A DNA stretch of 64,000 bases from an uncultured Actinomycetes bacterium (GCA_963789655.1 CAWBLH010000007.1:170536-234535), one strand, 5' to 3'; positions 9,057 through 19,055 are shown, counted from the stretch's first letter. The notes: a model not told the origin generated them from the sequence alone. Program-made: numbers and translations.

Positions 9057-9650
9057 TCAGACCGTGTCCAGGTGAGGCCGCAGGCTCTTCAGCTTGAACG
9101 CGAGGAAGAGCTCAGTGACCCCCTTCGACAGCGCGACGAGCCCGGCGTACACGAGCAGCAGGATCGCCTTCTGGTGGAAGTTGCCGGCCACCCAGAACGC
9201 GAGCGCGATCTCGAGGATCCCGGCGACGAGCTGGAGCCACCAGAGGTCGTACTCGCCCTTCGTCGTCATCGCGACCGCGATGTCGAGGATGCCCTTGAAG
9301 AGGAAGAAGAAGCCGATCACCGAGGCGAGCGCGGCAAAGGCGCTGCCTGGTTCGATGAACGCGAAGAGCCCGATGAGGACGAAGGCGACACCGAGTATTC
9401 CGTGCACGAACTTCCAGCCCATCGTCGAGACGGTGATCGTGATGAACTCGTTCACCCCGGCGGCGATCGCCATCGCACCGAAGAGGATGCCGATCGACCT
9501 GACGCTCGTGATGTCGAAGCGGAAGACGATGACTGCGAAGACGAGCCACGCGATCCCGGTCAGGAGGAACACCCACCACGCGCCGGAGGCCGAGCGCAAG
9601 ACCTCCCGCTCGTCGAACATCGTGTCGACGGTGCTCAACTGACCGCTCAT
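9057..9650 (-). CDS. HdeD/DUF308 family membrane protein
   Basis: 197-aa ORF with six predicted TM helices and the repeated DUF308-type G..L...G pattern. Confidence 0.65.
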   Translation of the reverse strand: MSGQLSTVDTMFDEREVLRSASGAWWVFLLTGIAWLVFAVIVFRFDITSVRSIGILFGAMAIAAGVNEFITITVSTMGWKFVHGILGVAFVLIGLFAFIEPGSAFAALASVIGFFFLFKGILDIAVAMTTKGEYDLWWLQLVAGILEIALAFWVAGNFHQKAILLLVYAGLVALSKGVTELFLAFKLKSLRPHLDTV

Positions 9651-9733
9651 CTCGCCTCCCGGGCGTCGGTGGTGTAGGGGAACGCGCTCGATTGTCTCAT
9701 GCCGCGACGTGCTCGCTCCCGTACCATCCGACG

Positions 9734-10402
9734 ATGCTCGTCGAGCGCAGCATGCACGAGTCGTGGCTCTCGAACGCGTTTCTGCTCGCAGACGACTCGG
9801 GGACGGCGGTCTTCGTCGACTCGGGCGCGCCTCTCGAGCCGCTCCTCGCGGTCGTCGAGCGCGAGGGGCTGTCGCCGACGCACCTCCTCATCACGCACGG
9901 CCATGCCGATCACGTCGCCGGCAACGACGAGCTCGTCGATCGCTTCGGGCTCGAGGTGACGACCGGCGCAGTCGAGACGGGCGACCTGAAGATCGACGTG
10001 GTTCCGACGCCGGGGCACTCCGACGACGGCGTCTCGTTCATCGTCGGAAACGAGCTCTGCTTCACGGGGGACACGCTCTTCAAGGACTCGGTCGGAGGGG
10101 GCGCTGCCGACGAGGTCAAGCGCTCCGTGATGGACGTGCTCATGGCTCTCCCACACGAGATGCGGGTGCTCCCTGGGCATACCGACGAGACCACGATCGG
10201 TCGTGAGTGGGACGAGAATCCGTTCGTTCGCTTCTGGCGCGGCCTCGACTCCGAGGATGGACGTAGCTGCCAGGTGCATGGCGAGGAAGCGACGCTCGTG
10301 GTCTGGTCTCCGGACTACGACGGCAAGGGGAAGGCGCTCGTGCGGCTCGCCGACGGCGACGAGGCGATCGTCGGAGCGTCCCGAATCGAAGGTCTCCGAT
10401 AG
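9734..10402 (+). CDS. MBL-fold metallo-hydrolase (glyoxalase II-like)
   Basis: THGHADH (HxHxDH), PTPGHS and LPGH motifs. I prefer the start MLVERSMHESWLSN over the upstream TTG at 9692. Confidence 0.8.
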   Translation: MLVERSMHESWLSNAFLLADDSGTAVFVDSGAPLEPLLAVVEREGLSPTHLLITHGHADHVAGNDELVDRFGLEVTTGAVETGDLKIDVVPTPGHSDDGVSFIVGNELCFTGDTLFKDSVGGGAADEVKRSVMDVLMALPHEMRVLPGHTDETTIGREWDENPFVRFWRGLDSEDGRSCQVHGEEATLVVWSPDYDGKGKALVRLADGDEAIVGASRIEGLR

Positions 10403-10698
10403 CGGTCAAGTTTCACCGCTGCAGGTTCGTCAGATTCAAGGTCGGGGCCTGCTGGACGGTCCAGAAAGCTCTGGACGAGCAAGGGATCGAGTACGAGATC
10501 GTGGTCGAGCCGACGTACCCGCGCGGCAAGCGCACGAACGTCATCGAGCACACGGGCCAGCACTATCTGCCGGCGATCGAGCTCGAAGACGGCACCTGGT
10601 ATCGCGAGGAGTCGAAGGCCATGGCGGAGACGATTCGTGCTGGTCGCCTGCCCGAGAAAGCGGGTTCGCCGACGGGGCGGGGTCAGGCTTTAGCCTGA
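10399..10698 (+). CDS. glutaredoxin/GST-N-like (mycoredoxin-type) small protein; no canonical start codon
   Basis: The frame reads (ATA)AVKFHRCRFVRFKVGACWTVQKALDEQGIEYEIVVEPTYPRGKRTNVIEHTGQHYLPAIELEDGTWYREESKAMAETIRAG. The only listed start (GTG 10501) would remove the Cys-containing N-terminus. The stop TGA at 10696-10698 lies inside REP copy A1. Confidence 0.6.
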   Translation: MAVKFHRCRFVRFKVGACWTVQKALDEQGIEYEIVVEPTYPRGKRTNVIEHTGQHYLPAIELEDGTWYREESKAMAETIRAGRLPEKAGSPTGRGQALA

Positions 10699-10702
10699 CC
10701 CC
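10679..10702. repeat. REP-like palindrome, family A (copy A1)
   Basis: GGGGTCAGGC TTTA GCCTGACCCC. Confidence 0.85.
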
Positions 10703-10728
10703 GGTTGGAGGTTGAAACCTGAGAACCG

Positions 10729-10751
10729 AGGTCAGGCTGAAGCCTGACCCC
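10729..10751. repeat. REP-like palindrome, family A (copy A2)
   Basis: (G)GGTCAGGC TGAA GCCTGACCCC. It lies 50 nt after A1, and the spacer GGTTGGAGGTTGAAACCTGAGAACC is itself partly palindromic. Confidence 0.85.
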
Positions 10752-10769
10752 TGCGCGATGAAGATAGTT

Positions 10770-10786
10770 ATACCCTAGTGGGGTAT
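10770..10786. promoter_or_regulatory. candidate CsoR operator upstream of copZ
   Basis: ATACCC-TAGT-GGGGTAT matches the TACCC-N4-GGGTA-type pseudo-palindrome described for CsoR operators. It ends 10 nt before the copZ ATG. Confidence 0.6.
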
Positions 10787-10795
10787 GATTGCCAC

Positions 10796-10999
10796 ATGGC
10801 GCAGACATTCACCTACAGCGTTCCCGCGATCCACTGCGCGCACTGCGCGATGTCGATCCGCGAGGAGGTCTCGGAGGTCGACGGCGTCGAGGAGATCGAC
10901 GTCGACCTGGAGACGAAGGTCGTCACGGTTCGCGGCCACGAGCTGGACGACGCCGCATTGCGCGCCGCGATCGACGAGGCGGGCTACGAGGCGGCATGA
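10796..10999 (+). CDS. copZ: copper chaperone, heavy-metal-associated domain
   Basis: [25 protein letters not shown] contains the CxxC HMA motif. ATGA overlap with copA. Confidence 0.85.
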   Translation: MAQTFTYSVPAIHCAHCAMSIREEVSEVDGVEEIDVDLETKVVTVRGHELDDAALRAAIDEAGYEAA

Positions 11000-13104
11000 C
11001 GGCGACCGAGTCGCCTGAAGCTCGAGTCGAGCTCGCGCTCGAAGGCATGACGTGCGCTGCCTGTGCGACCCGGATCGAGCGGAAGCTGAACAAGCTCGAA
11101 GGCGTCGACGCGTCCGTCAACTACGCGACCGAGCAGGTCGCGGTCACATATGACGCCGACCGCGTCGCGCTCGACGACCTCATCGGCGCCGTGGAGGCGG
11201 CCGGTTACCGCGCACACACGGCTGCGGATGCCGCGCCCGCAGACGATCGCGCCCGGATGCTGCGCACCCGGCTCGTCGTCGCGACCGCCCTGACCATTCC
11301 GCTGACGGTGCTCGCCATGATCCCGCCGCTGCAGTTCGACGGCTGGGAGTGGCTTGCCTTCGCGCTCGCGACGCCGGTCGTCCTGTGGGCCGGATACGGC
11401 TTCCATCGGGCGGCCGCGCGAAACGCGCGCTACCTCGCCGCGACGATGGACACGCTCATCTCGATCGGGACGCTGGCGGCGTGGGGCTGGTCGGTCGTCG
11501 CGCTCGTCGCTCTCTCCGACGCGCACACGTACTTCGAGGTCGCCGCGGTGATCACCACGCTGATCCTCGCCGGCCGTTACCTCGAGGTGCGCGCGAAGCG
11601 GCGCTCAGGAGCGGCGATTCGCGCGCTGCTCGAGCTCGGCGCCAAGGAGGCACACGTGCTGCGAGACGGAAACGAGGTCTCCGTCCCGATCGAGGACCTG
11701 GCACCGGGTGCGCTGATGGTCGTGCGGCCAGGCGAGAAGATTCCCACGGACGGGGTCGTCGTCGAGGGCGACTCCGCCGTCGACCAGTCGATGCTGACGG
11801 GCGAGCCCGTCCCGGTTGACGTAGGACCGGGCTCCGATGTCGCAGGCGCCACCGTCAATACGTACGGACGCCTCGTCGTTCGCGCGACGAAGGTCGGCGA
11901 AGAGACGGCGCTCGCGCAGATCGGGCGGCTCGTCGCCGAGGCACAGTCCGGGAAGGCACCGATCCAGCGCCTCGTCGATCGCGTCTCGAGCGTCTTCGTC
12001 CCGATCGTGATCGGGCTCGCTCTCGCCACGATGGCCGGCTGGCTGGTCGTCACCGGGGACGCGACTGCGTCCTTCTCGGCGGCGGTTGCGGTCCTGATCA
12101 TCGCGTGCCCGTGCGCGCTCGGGCTCGCGACGCCCACCGCGCTCATGGTCGGTACCGGCCGCGGAGCCCAGCTCGGCATCCTCATCAAGGGCCCCGAGGT
12201 GCTCGAGCAGACTCGCAGGATCACGACGGTCGTGCTCGACAAGACCGGAACCGTCACCAAGGGAAACGTGGAGCTCGCGGACGTGTCTCCGCTCGACGGT
12301 GCGACGCGCCGGGAGGTGCTGTCGCTGGCGGGTGCCGTGGAGGCGGCATCGGAGCATCCCATCGGCCAGGCCGTGGCTGCAGCAGCCAGGGCCGAGGTCG
12401 GTGCGCTTCCCCCCGTGGCCGACTTCCGGAACCTGCCGGGCATCGGCGTCTCAGGCCTCGTGGACGGGCATCGTGTAGAGGTCGGCCGCGGCGACGGCGG
12501 GATCGTGGTGTCGTGGGACGGACAGCCCAGGGCAACGCTGACGGTCCGGGACTCCGTCAAGCCGACGAGCGCCCAGGCCGTCGCCGAGCTGAGGCTTCTG
12601 GACTTGACTCCCGTCCTTCTCACCGGGGACAGCGAGGAGAACGCCGAGCGCGTCGCTGCCGAGGTCGGCATCGAGCGAGTCCTCGCCGAGGTCTATCCGG
12701 ACGAGAAGGTGGCCGAGATCCGCCGTCTCCAGGAGCAGGGCGAGGTCGTGGCGATGGTCGGCGACGGGATCAACGACGCGCCCGCTCTCGCGCAGGCGGA
12801 CCTCGGACTGGCCATCGGCACCGGCACCGATGTCGCGATCGAGGCCTCCGACATCACGCTCGTCTCGGGTGACCTCCGAGCAGCTGCCGACGCGATCGCG
12901 CTCGCACGGCGAACGCTGCGGACGATCAAGGGGAATCTCTTCTGGGCCTTTGCCTACAACGTCGCTGCGATCCCGCTCGCGATGGCGGGGCTGCTCAATC
13001 CGATCGTCGCGGCCGGCGCAATGGCGTTCTCGAGCGTGTTCGTCGTCACGAACTCGCTCAGGCTGCGCCGTTTCCACTCATCTCGCGAAGGAGTTGCAAC
13101 GTGA
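10996..13104 (+). CDS. copA: copper-translocating P1B-type ATPase
   Basis: N-terminal [16 protein letters not shown], the CPC motif in [22 protein letters not shown] and GDGINDAP. The first 69 codons of the listed ORF 10789-13104 are an out-of-frame shadow over copZ. Confidence 0.93.
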   Translation: MTATESPEARVELALEGMTCAACATRIERKLNKLEGVDASVNYATEQVAVTYDADRVALDDLIGAVEAAGYRAHTAADAAPADDRARMLRTRLVVATALTIPLTVLAMIPPLQFDGWEWLAFALATPVVLWAGYGFHRAAARNARYLAATMDTLISIGTLAAWGWSVVALVALSDAHTYFEVAAVITTLILAGRYLEVRAKRRSGAAIRALLELGAKEAHVLRDGNEVSVPIEDLAPGALMVVRPGEKIPTDGVVVEGDSAVDQSMLTGEPVPVDVGPGSDVAGATVNTYGRLVVRATKVGEETALAQIGRLVAEAQSGKAPIQRLVDRVSSVFVPIVIGLALATMAGWLVVTGDATASFSAAVAVLIIACPCALGLATPTALMVGTGRGAQLGILIKGPEVLEQTRRITTVVLDKTGTVTKGNVELADVSPLDGATRREVLSLAGAVEAASEHPIGQAVAAAARAEVGALPPVADFRNLPGIGVSGLVDGHRVEVGRGDGGIVVSWDGQPRATLTVRDSVKPTSAQAVAELRLLDLTPVLLTGDSEENAERVAAEVGIERVLAEVYPDEKVAEIRRLQEQGEVVAMVGDGINDAPALAQADLGLAIGTGTDVAIEASDITLVSGDLRAAADAIALARRTLRTIKGNLFWAFAYNVAAIPLAMAGLLNPIVAAGAMAFSSVFVVTNSLRLRRFHSSREGVAT

Positions 13105-13403
13105 CCGAGACCCAGACGCACGGCTACGTCGCCGACAAGCAGGCGCTGACGCGCCGCCTGCACCGAATCGAGGGGCAGGTGCGCGGTATCGAGAAGATGG
13201 TCGAGGAGGATCGCTATTGCATCGACATCCTCACGCAGATCTCGGCCGTGACGACAGCGCTCGAGAGCGTCGCGTTCCGAATCCTCGACGACCACGTGAA
13301 CCACTGCGTCGCCGGTGCGCTCGCGTCCGGTGACCCAGCTGAGGCCGGCGCGAAGAGCAAGGAGCTCCTCGAGGCCGTGCACCGCTTCGCGCGGGCCCGT
13401 TAG
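13101..13403 (+). CDS. csoR: CsoR/RcnR-family metal-sensing repressor
   Basis: 100 aa. [12 protein letters not shown].......C.DILTQI.A.......V....L..H..HC carries the C-H-C ligand pattern. GTGA overlap with copA. Confidence 0.88.
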   Translation: MTETQTHGYVADKQALTRRLHRIEGQVRGIEKMVEEDRYCIDILTQISAVTTALESVAFRILDDHVNHCVAGALASGDPAEAGAKSKELLEAVHRFARAR

Positions 13404-13405
13404 GT

Positions 13406-14038
13406 CTAGCGAGCCTCGCTTCCGAGGCGCAAGCCGAAGACCACGAGCAGGGCTCCGGTCACCCCATCGAGCACCCGCCGTGCGCGTCCGGCGAGAAGTG
13501 AGCGGAGCCGGGAGACGGCGACCGCGTACAGCGTGAGCCACGCGAGTGTCAGTGCACAGAAGAACAGTCCGAAGCCGAGGAGCCCGAGGAACGAGGCGCT
13601 CCCGCTCGGCGCGAATTGAGGCAAGAGGCTCGCGAAGAAGACCGCCATCTTCGGGTTCCCGAGGTTGCTGAGCACGCCCTGCCGGAGCGCCCGCGAGGGC
13701 GTCAGGCCACGAGACCTTGCAGCAGACTGTTGCAAGGTCTCAGGGCGACGTCGGCGGAGCGCTCCGTAGAGGGAGTGCGCTCCGAGATAGACGAGGTACG
13801 CAGCGCCGGCGAGCTTGAGCGCACGAAACGCCGGCTCCGAGGCGGTGAGGATCGCAACGACCCCCGCGCTCGCTGCGAGGGTCCAGACCGCCTGGCCCAG
13901 GCTGACCCCGACCGCCGTCGCAACTCCTCCTCGCCGCCCACCGGCGAGCGTGTTTCGGATCGTGAGCGCGGTATCGGGGCCGGGCGTGCAGATCACGACC
14001 GCGGAGACCGCGACGAACGCGGCCAGGCTTTCGAGCAC
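13406..14038 (-). CDS. LysE/RhtB family amino-acid exporter
   Basis: 210 aa with an N-terminal TPGPDT motif and NLGNPK. Six TM helices. Confidence 0.85.
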   Translation of the reverse strand: MLESLAAFVAVSAVVICTPGPDTALTIRNTLAGGRRGGVATAVGVSLGQAVWTLAASAGVVAILTASEPAFRALKLAGAAYLVYLGAHSLYGALRRRRPETLQQSAARSRGLTPSRALRQGVLSNLGNPKMAVFFASLLPQFAPSGSASFLGLLGFGLFFCALTLAWLTLYAVAVSRLRSLLAGRARRVLDGVTGALLVVFGLRLGSEAR

Positions 14039-14053
14039 TCGTTGAAGTATCGG

Positions 14054-14332
14054 CTAGAACGCGCTGGCGTCGACGCCGTCGCCCCGCCGCTCGTCGACGA
14101 AGCCACGCAGGCCCTCGATGCCGCCGTACCCCTGGTACTCGAGCACGTCGTCGATCTTGTCGATGATCGCGAGCGCCGGCTTCGCGCCGTGCCCCATGAG
14201 GCCGTAGCGCTGAGGATTCGCATCGGCGAGCTGCGCAAGGCGAAGGAGCCCGCGGTCGATGAGGTCGAGCTCCCAAGGCTGGAAGGCGATGACGACCGCA
14301 TCCTCGTTCCACTGATCACGGTTGTGGCCCAT
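14054..14332 (-). CDS. hypothetical protein
   Basis: 92-aa ORF with coding-like GC3 and an in-frame TAA 39 nt upstream of the ATG. I recognise no family. Confidence 0.4.
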   Translation of the reverse strand: MGHNRDQWNEDAVVIAFQPWELDLIDRGLLRLAQLADANPQRYGLMGHGAKPALAIIDKIDDVLEYQGYGGIEGLRGFVDERRGDGVDASAF

Positions 14333-14387
14333 GAGGATGCTGTCATCGGCTGACCTGGGCCGGGGAAAAACCCCTTAGATTGGCCTC

Positions 14388-15435
14388 TTGTCCGAGCGGA
14401 TTCTCACGCAGCCGGAGCTGAACCGAGCGCTGCTCGCACGCCAGCTCCTCCTCGAGCGCTCCCGGCTGCCGATCCCGCGCGCGCTCGAGCGGATCGGAGG
14501 TATCCAGAACCAGTACGCGCCGAACGGCTACATCCGGCTCTGGTCTTGCCTGGAGGGGTTCCGTCGCGACGATCTCACGCGCGCGCTGGAGCGACGCAGC
14601 GTCATCCAGGCGACGCTTGATGCGCGAGACGATTCACCTCGTCTCGCGGCGGGACTATCCGTTTCTTGCCGCCGGTATTCGCGTGTCGGGCCAGGAGTGG
14701 TGGCGGCGCGCGAACAAGGTCGCTCCCGAGGTGGACATGCGCGCCTTCGCGCGGCGGGCGCGCGCGTTCCTGCGCGGCTCCGCCCGCAGCCGGAAAGAGA
14801 TCGAGGAGTTCCTGCGTGCAAATGCTTTCCCGCTTGCGAGCAGCTGGGGATTCGCGCACTGGCTCGATCTCGTTCGTGTCCCGCCCTCCGGAACCTGGGA
14901 GCAGCGCCGTGCGCACACGTTCGCGCTTGCCGAGGAGTGGGTGGGCACGCTCGCGCCGAGCGAGGAGGAGGGAATCGAGCTCTTGGCGCGCCGGTATCTC
15001 GGCGGCTTCGGGCCTGCGACGAAGAACGACCTCTCGAGCTGGTGCAAGGTGCCGCCGGCGAAGTTGGGTCCGGTTCTCGCCGGCTTGACGCTTCGGCGTT
15101 TCCGCGACGAGCAAGGGAAGGAGCTGCTCGATCTTCCGCGGGCACCGCTCCCCGACCCCGAGACGCCCGCGCCCGTGCGGTTCCTGCCGACCTGGGACGC
15201 GGTCCTCCTCGTCCACGCGAGGAGGACAGGGATCCTCCCGGAGGAGTACCGGCCGCGCGTCTTCTCGACCAAGACCCCGCACTCCGTCGGAACGTTCCTC
15301 GTCGACGGCGCGGTGGCAGGAACGTGGAAGTACGACGGCGGGCGGGTCAGGACGAGCGAGTTCAAGCGCCTGGACGCGAGCACGCGCCGAGAGGTTCGCG
15401 AGGAAGCCGACCGCCTCGCGGACTTCCACGCTTAG
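14388..15435 (+). pseudogene. winged-helix DNA glycosylase family protein (AlkZ/YcaQ-like, DUF1006); frameshift at ~14616-14619
   Basis: ORF 14388 reads ...LLARQLLLERS...IGGIQNQYAPNGY...RSVIQATL. It continues in ORF 14617 as MRETIHLVSRRDY...RFLPTWDAVLL...GTFLVDGAVAGTW. One extra base in ACGCTTGATG joins the two. Confidence 0.75.
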
Positions 15436-16022
15436 CGCTCAGCCGGTTTCCAGTTCCAGCTACGGAGAACCGCGGTCTCGCGCTCGGAGCCGAGCACGCT
15501 GATCGTCGCCACGTCGAGAGCGAACAGGCGACCGGCGGCGGGCTCGAGCCCCAGCCATCTCGCCGCCAGTACGCGGAGCAGGTGGCCGTGGGCGAAGACG
15601 ACGGCGTCGCCCTCGACTCGACCGCAGCTCTGCGACGACGCGGTCGGCTCGCTCGCCGATGTCCGTGAGCGTTTCTCCGCCGGGGATGTCGTCAGCTCCA
15701 CACGGTCCAGCCCGGTCGTTCCCGCCGGATGTCGACCGTCTTCAGCCCTTCGTACTCGCCGTAGTCCCACTCCCTGAGCTCGTCGCGCACGACTGCCACG
15801 TCACCGAGCCCGGCGAGCCGACAGGTCTCCATTGCTCGAAGTAGCGGGCTCGTGAGAACAAGCGCGAACGCTTGCTCCCGGAGCACGGCGCCGATCGCCT
15901 CGGCGTCACGCCGCCCCTGCTCGGTCAGCGGAACGTCGGTGCGACCGGTGTGTCTTCCCGCGCGGCTCCATTCGGTCTCCCCGTGGCGGACGAGGATCGA
16001 CTTCAGGAGCGCGCGCCGACAC
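15432..16022 (-). pseudogene. histidine phosphatase family protein (PhoE/GpmB-like), with about 3 frameshifts
   Basis: The pieces are (GTG 16022) MSAR-LLKSILVRHGETEWS...TSPLLRAMETC...PGWTVW / ADDIPGGETLTDIGERADRVVAELRS / VEGDAVVFAHGHLLRVLAARWLG. They lie in three frames, with junctions at ~16012-16018, 15694-15698 and 15615-15622. Confidence 0.7.
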
Positions 16023-16024
16023 TC

Positions 16025-16839
16025 TCAGCGAAAAGCGCGCGAGCAGTGCGTCACGCGAGATGTTCGTCTCCGTGTAACGCGAGGTGCCCTCGGCCTGCAG
16101 CTCGCGAGCGCCGGCGACGAGCGCTCCGTAGGCCGCTCCGGCGAGCGCGCCTCCCGTCGAGACCCTCCGCACGCCGACGGACTCGAGCTCCGCGACGGTC
16201 GGCCCGCTTCGGCAGTGCGAGGACATTGACCGGGATCCCGACAGCCTCGACGACCGCCGCGATCTGATCGAGGTTCGCCAGGCCCGGCGCGTACACGACG
16301 TCCGCACCGGCATCGCGATAGGCAACGAGGCGCTCGATCGTGTCGTCCAGGTCGTCGACTCCCCGAATGTGGTTCTCTGCGCGCCCGGTCAGCACCATCG
16401 GCGCCGGGAAGCTGTGCGCCGTTTCGGCCGCGATGGCGACCTTCGCGGCTGCGACGTCTACGGGCTCGATGCTGTCGCTCGCAGGGTCGTAGTCCTCGAT
16501 CGAGAATCCGGCAGCTCCTGCGTCGGCGAGCAAGGCGACCGTCTCGGCGATCCCTCCCGGTTCGTCCGGGTAGCAACGCTCGCTATCGACGTTCAGCGGG
16601 AGCTCGGTTGCCGCAGCGATGCTCGTGACGTGGCCTATGAGCTCGTCGCGGGTCACCTGCTGGTCGAGCTTGCCGATCGCCCACGCGAACCCGTCGCTCG
16701 TGGTCGCGAGCGCCTCGAAGCCAAGCGACTCGAGGACACGTGCGGAGCCGACATCCCAGGGGTTCGGCATGACGAAGACCCCAGCTCGGTCATGAAGCTC
16801 CCGGAAGCGCTTTCGCCGATCGGCCACCGCGGCGGTCAT
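16025..16839 (-). pseudogene. isocitrate lyase/PEP mutase family protein (2-methylisocitrate-lyase-like); frameshift at ~16208 and probably at 16031-16034
   Basis: FVMPNPWDVGSARVLESLGFEALATTS...LPLNVDSE...GFSIED. After VNVLALP the sequence continues in another frame as SGPTVAELESVGVRRVSTGGAL. The 3' boundary is uncertain. Confidence 0.7.
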
Positions 16840-16905
16840 CGTTCGGCGAGCCTACGCAAAGAAGGCGTCGCTGCGCGTCACCGAATTGACGCAGAATGGG
16901 CGTCG

Positions 16906-17319
16906 ATGGAGGCCCGACCGCCACAGAAGCACATCGCGCTGATCCTCGCGCGCGAGCTCGCAGCACAGCTCGCGACGGCGATGTTCATCGCCGACGCCTC
17001 CGGCGAGCTCGTCTTCTTCAACGAGCCTGCCGAGGAGATCCTCGGACGGACGTTTGCAGAGGCCGGCTCCATGGCCGCCGACGAATGGAGCTCGCTGTTC
17101 GACGTCGAGGACCTGGACGGCGCCGCGCTGTCTCTCGAGCAGATGCCCGCGGGTGTCGCCCTCAGCGAGCGTAGGCCGGCGCACGGAAGCATCCGGATCA
17201 CCGGTCTCGACGGGCGCCGGCGGCTCATCTCCGTGACCGCTCTCCCACTGTTCTCGACTCCCACCGAGCTCGTAGGAGTCGTCGCGATCTTCTGGCAGGA
17301 GCGCGAGGACCGAGGCTGA
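16906..17319 (+). CDS. PAS domain protein
   Basis: 137 aa: MFIADASGELVFFNEPAEEILGRTF...ITGLDGRRRLISVTALPL. TGATG overlap with the next gene. Confidence 0.7.
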   Translation: MEARPPQKHIALILARELAAQLATAMFIADASGELVFFNEPAEEILGRTFAEAGSMAADEWSSLFDVEDLDGAALSLEQMPAGVALSERRPAHGSIRITGLDGRRRLISVTALPLFSTPTELVGVVAIFWQEREDRG

Positions 17320-18173
17320 TGAGCGTCGTCGCCAGGGTCTGGGGGTGTCGCGGCTCCCTCCCGACCCCGGGCGAGGCGACGGTTCGCTACGGGGGCAATA
17401 CCTCGTGCGTAGAGATTTGCAGGACAACGGATTGCGACCCTGTGATCCTCGACGCGGGAACCGGGATCAAGCAGCTCGGCGCGACCCTGGCCGGCGCGCG
17501 GCGAATCCATCTCCTGCTGACGCATCTCCACCTCGACCACGTCGAGGGGCTTCGCTTCTTCGAGCCGCTTTGGCGGGAGGACACCGAGCTCCACATCTGG
17601 GGCCCGCCCTCGCCCGTCCACTCGCTGCGGGATCGCATCGCAAGGGCGTTCTCCCCGCCGCTCTTCCCCATCGACCTGGCGCACATCCCTGCGACGGTGA
17701 CGTTCCACGACGTTCCCTCGAACGCCTGGGAGATCGAAGGCATTCGCGTGCTCGCACTTCCGGTCTCGCATCCGGGGACGACCGTTGGGTATCGCCTCGA
17801 GCTCGAGAGCGGCTCGCTCGCATTCATCCCGGATCACGAGCCGGTCCTGGGTGTCGAGCTCGCCTCGCTCGCACCTGAGTGGATCTCGGGCCACGCGCTC
17901 GCGGACGGCGTCGACGTGCTCCTGCACGACTGCCAGTTCAGCGAGGACGAGTATCCGAGCCGGGTGGGGTGGGGGCACTCGAGTGTCGCCCATGCAGTCG
18001 GCTTCGCGAAAGCCGCAGAAGTGGGCCGGCTCGTCCTCTTCCACCACGATCCCGACCGCTCGGACGACGCGGTCGACGGCCTCGTCCAGCGAGCGGGGGA
18101 GCTCTGGGACGGGACCGGGGGAGTGCCGCCGGCCGCGGCTCGCGAGGGGATGAAGATCGAGGTCGGCGCCTAG
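17319..18173 (+). CDS. MBL-fold metallo-hydrolase (phosphodiesterase-like)
   Basis: LLLTHLHLDHVEG (HxHxDH), VSHPG and LFHHDP. Confidence 0.8.
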   Translation: MSVVARVWGCRGSLPTPGEATVRYGGNTSCVEICRTTDCDPVILDAGTGIKQLGATLAGARRIHLLLTHLHLDHVEGLRFFEPLWREDTELHIWGPPSPVHSLRDRIARAFSPPLFPIDLAHIPATVTFHDVPSNAWEIEGIRVLALPVSHPGTTVGYRLELESGSLAFIPDHEPVLGVELASLAPEWISGHALADGVDVLLHDCQFSEDEYPSRVGWGHSSVAHAVGFAKAAEVGRLVLFHHDPDRSDDAVDGLVQRAGELWDGTGGVPPAAAREGMKIEVGA

Positions 18174-18197
18174 CGCCAGCGCGGTCTCAGACGGGAG

Positions 18198-19055
18198 TCA
18201 ATCGAGGCCGCCCGTCGCTGCCGGCCCGGCCCACGCGTTCGCCGTTTGCGATTCGTACTGAAGCTGGCGGATGTTGTGCCTGAGCGCTTCGATCTCGCGC
18301 CACTCGGATGGATCGATCCTCTCGAGCTCGGGCGGAGTGATCTCGATGGGACGCTTGCGAGCCACGACGACCCCCTGGCCCTGTGGACTCTCGCGCAGCG
18401 TCACGATGTCGAAAGCGCGCCCCCAGTGCTCCTTTATCCACCAACCCGAGTGGAAGACCGCAGGCCCGCCCTGATCCCATGGCTGCCCGTAGCGCAGGAC
18501 GTTCATCCCCACCTGGTCCGCGATATCCGGAATCGGCTCGCCTCGCTCGACCCTCGGGTCGTGCGTCTCGCCCAGCTCTCGCGACCGGTCTGGCCCGAGA
18601 ATGGTCGCGATCAGGAGCCCGTCGTTGCGGAGCAACCGGTGCAGCTCGACCAGCCAGGCCGACCAGTAGTCGGAAATGTGCGTGAACACCGAGATCGCCC
18701 AGACGATGTCGAACGACTCTCCCGCGAGCTCCAGAGGCGGCTTCTCGCTGTTCACGAAAACGTTGAGGGGTGGGCTGAAGTTGTCCTCGAGCCACGCGAT
18801 GCTCGGCTCGTCGATGTCGCAGCCATGGAACTCGCCGACCTGTGCCTCGTCGAGAAAGTGGCGAAGGGTCCGTCCGGCCCCGCAGCCGAAGTCGAGGACT
18901 CGTTTGCCGGCGAACGTCCAGTCGTCCGGCAGGGCGGCGAGGATCGCGTCCCGGCTCATTCGGCCGACCTCTTCATAGCGAGCTCTCTCGACTCCGCGCG
19001 CGCCGACTCGAACGGCGAGCTCGACCGGCGGATACGGAGGCACTTCGGCCGCCAT
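18198..19055 (-). CDS. class I SAM-dependent methyltransferase
   Basis: Motif I VLDFGCGAGR and FDIVWAISVFTH. I prefer the start MAAEVPPYP (ATG 19055) over the listed 19136. Confidence 0.75.
   Translation of the reverse strand: MAAEVPPYPPVELAVRVGARGVERARYEEVGRMSRDAILAALPDDWTFAGKRVLDFGCGAGRTLRHFLDEAQVGEFHGCDIDEPSIAWLEDNFSPPLNVFVNSEKPPLELAGESFDIVWAISVFTHISDYWSAWLVELHRLLRNDGLLIATILGPDRSRELGETHDPRVERGEPIPDIADQVGMNVLRYGQPWDQGGPAVFHSGWWIKEHWGRAFDIVTLRESPQGQGVVVARKRPIEITPPELERIDPSEWREIEALRHNIRQLQYESQTANAWAGPAATGGLD

Noticed and set aside
10679-10751. Paired identical palindromes as a possible mini-CRISPR array
   Set aside because: Each locus has only two units. The repeats are perfect palindromes of 24 nt, spacer lengths vary between 13 and 63 nt, and there are no cas genes. 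They behave as REP-type elements.
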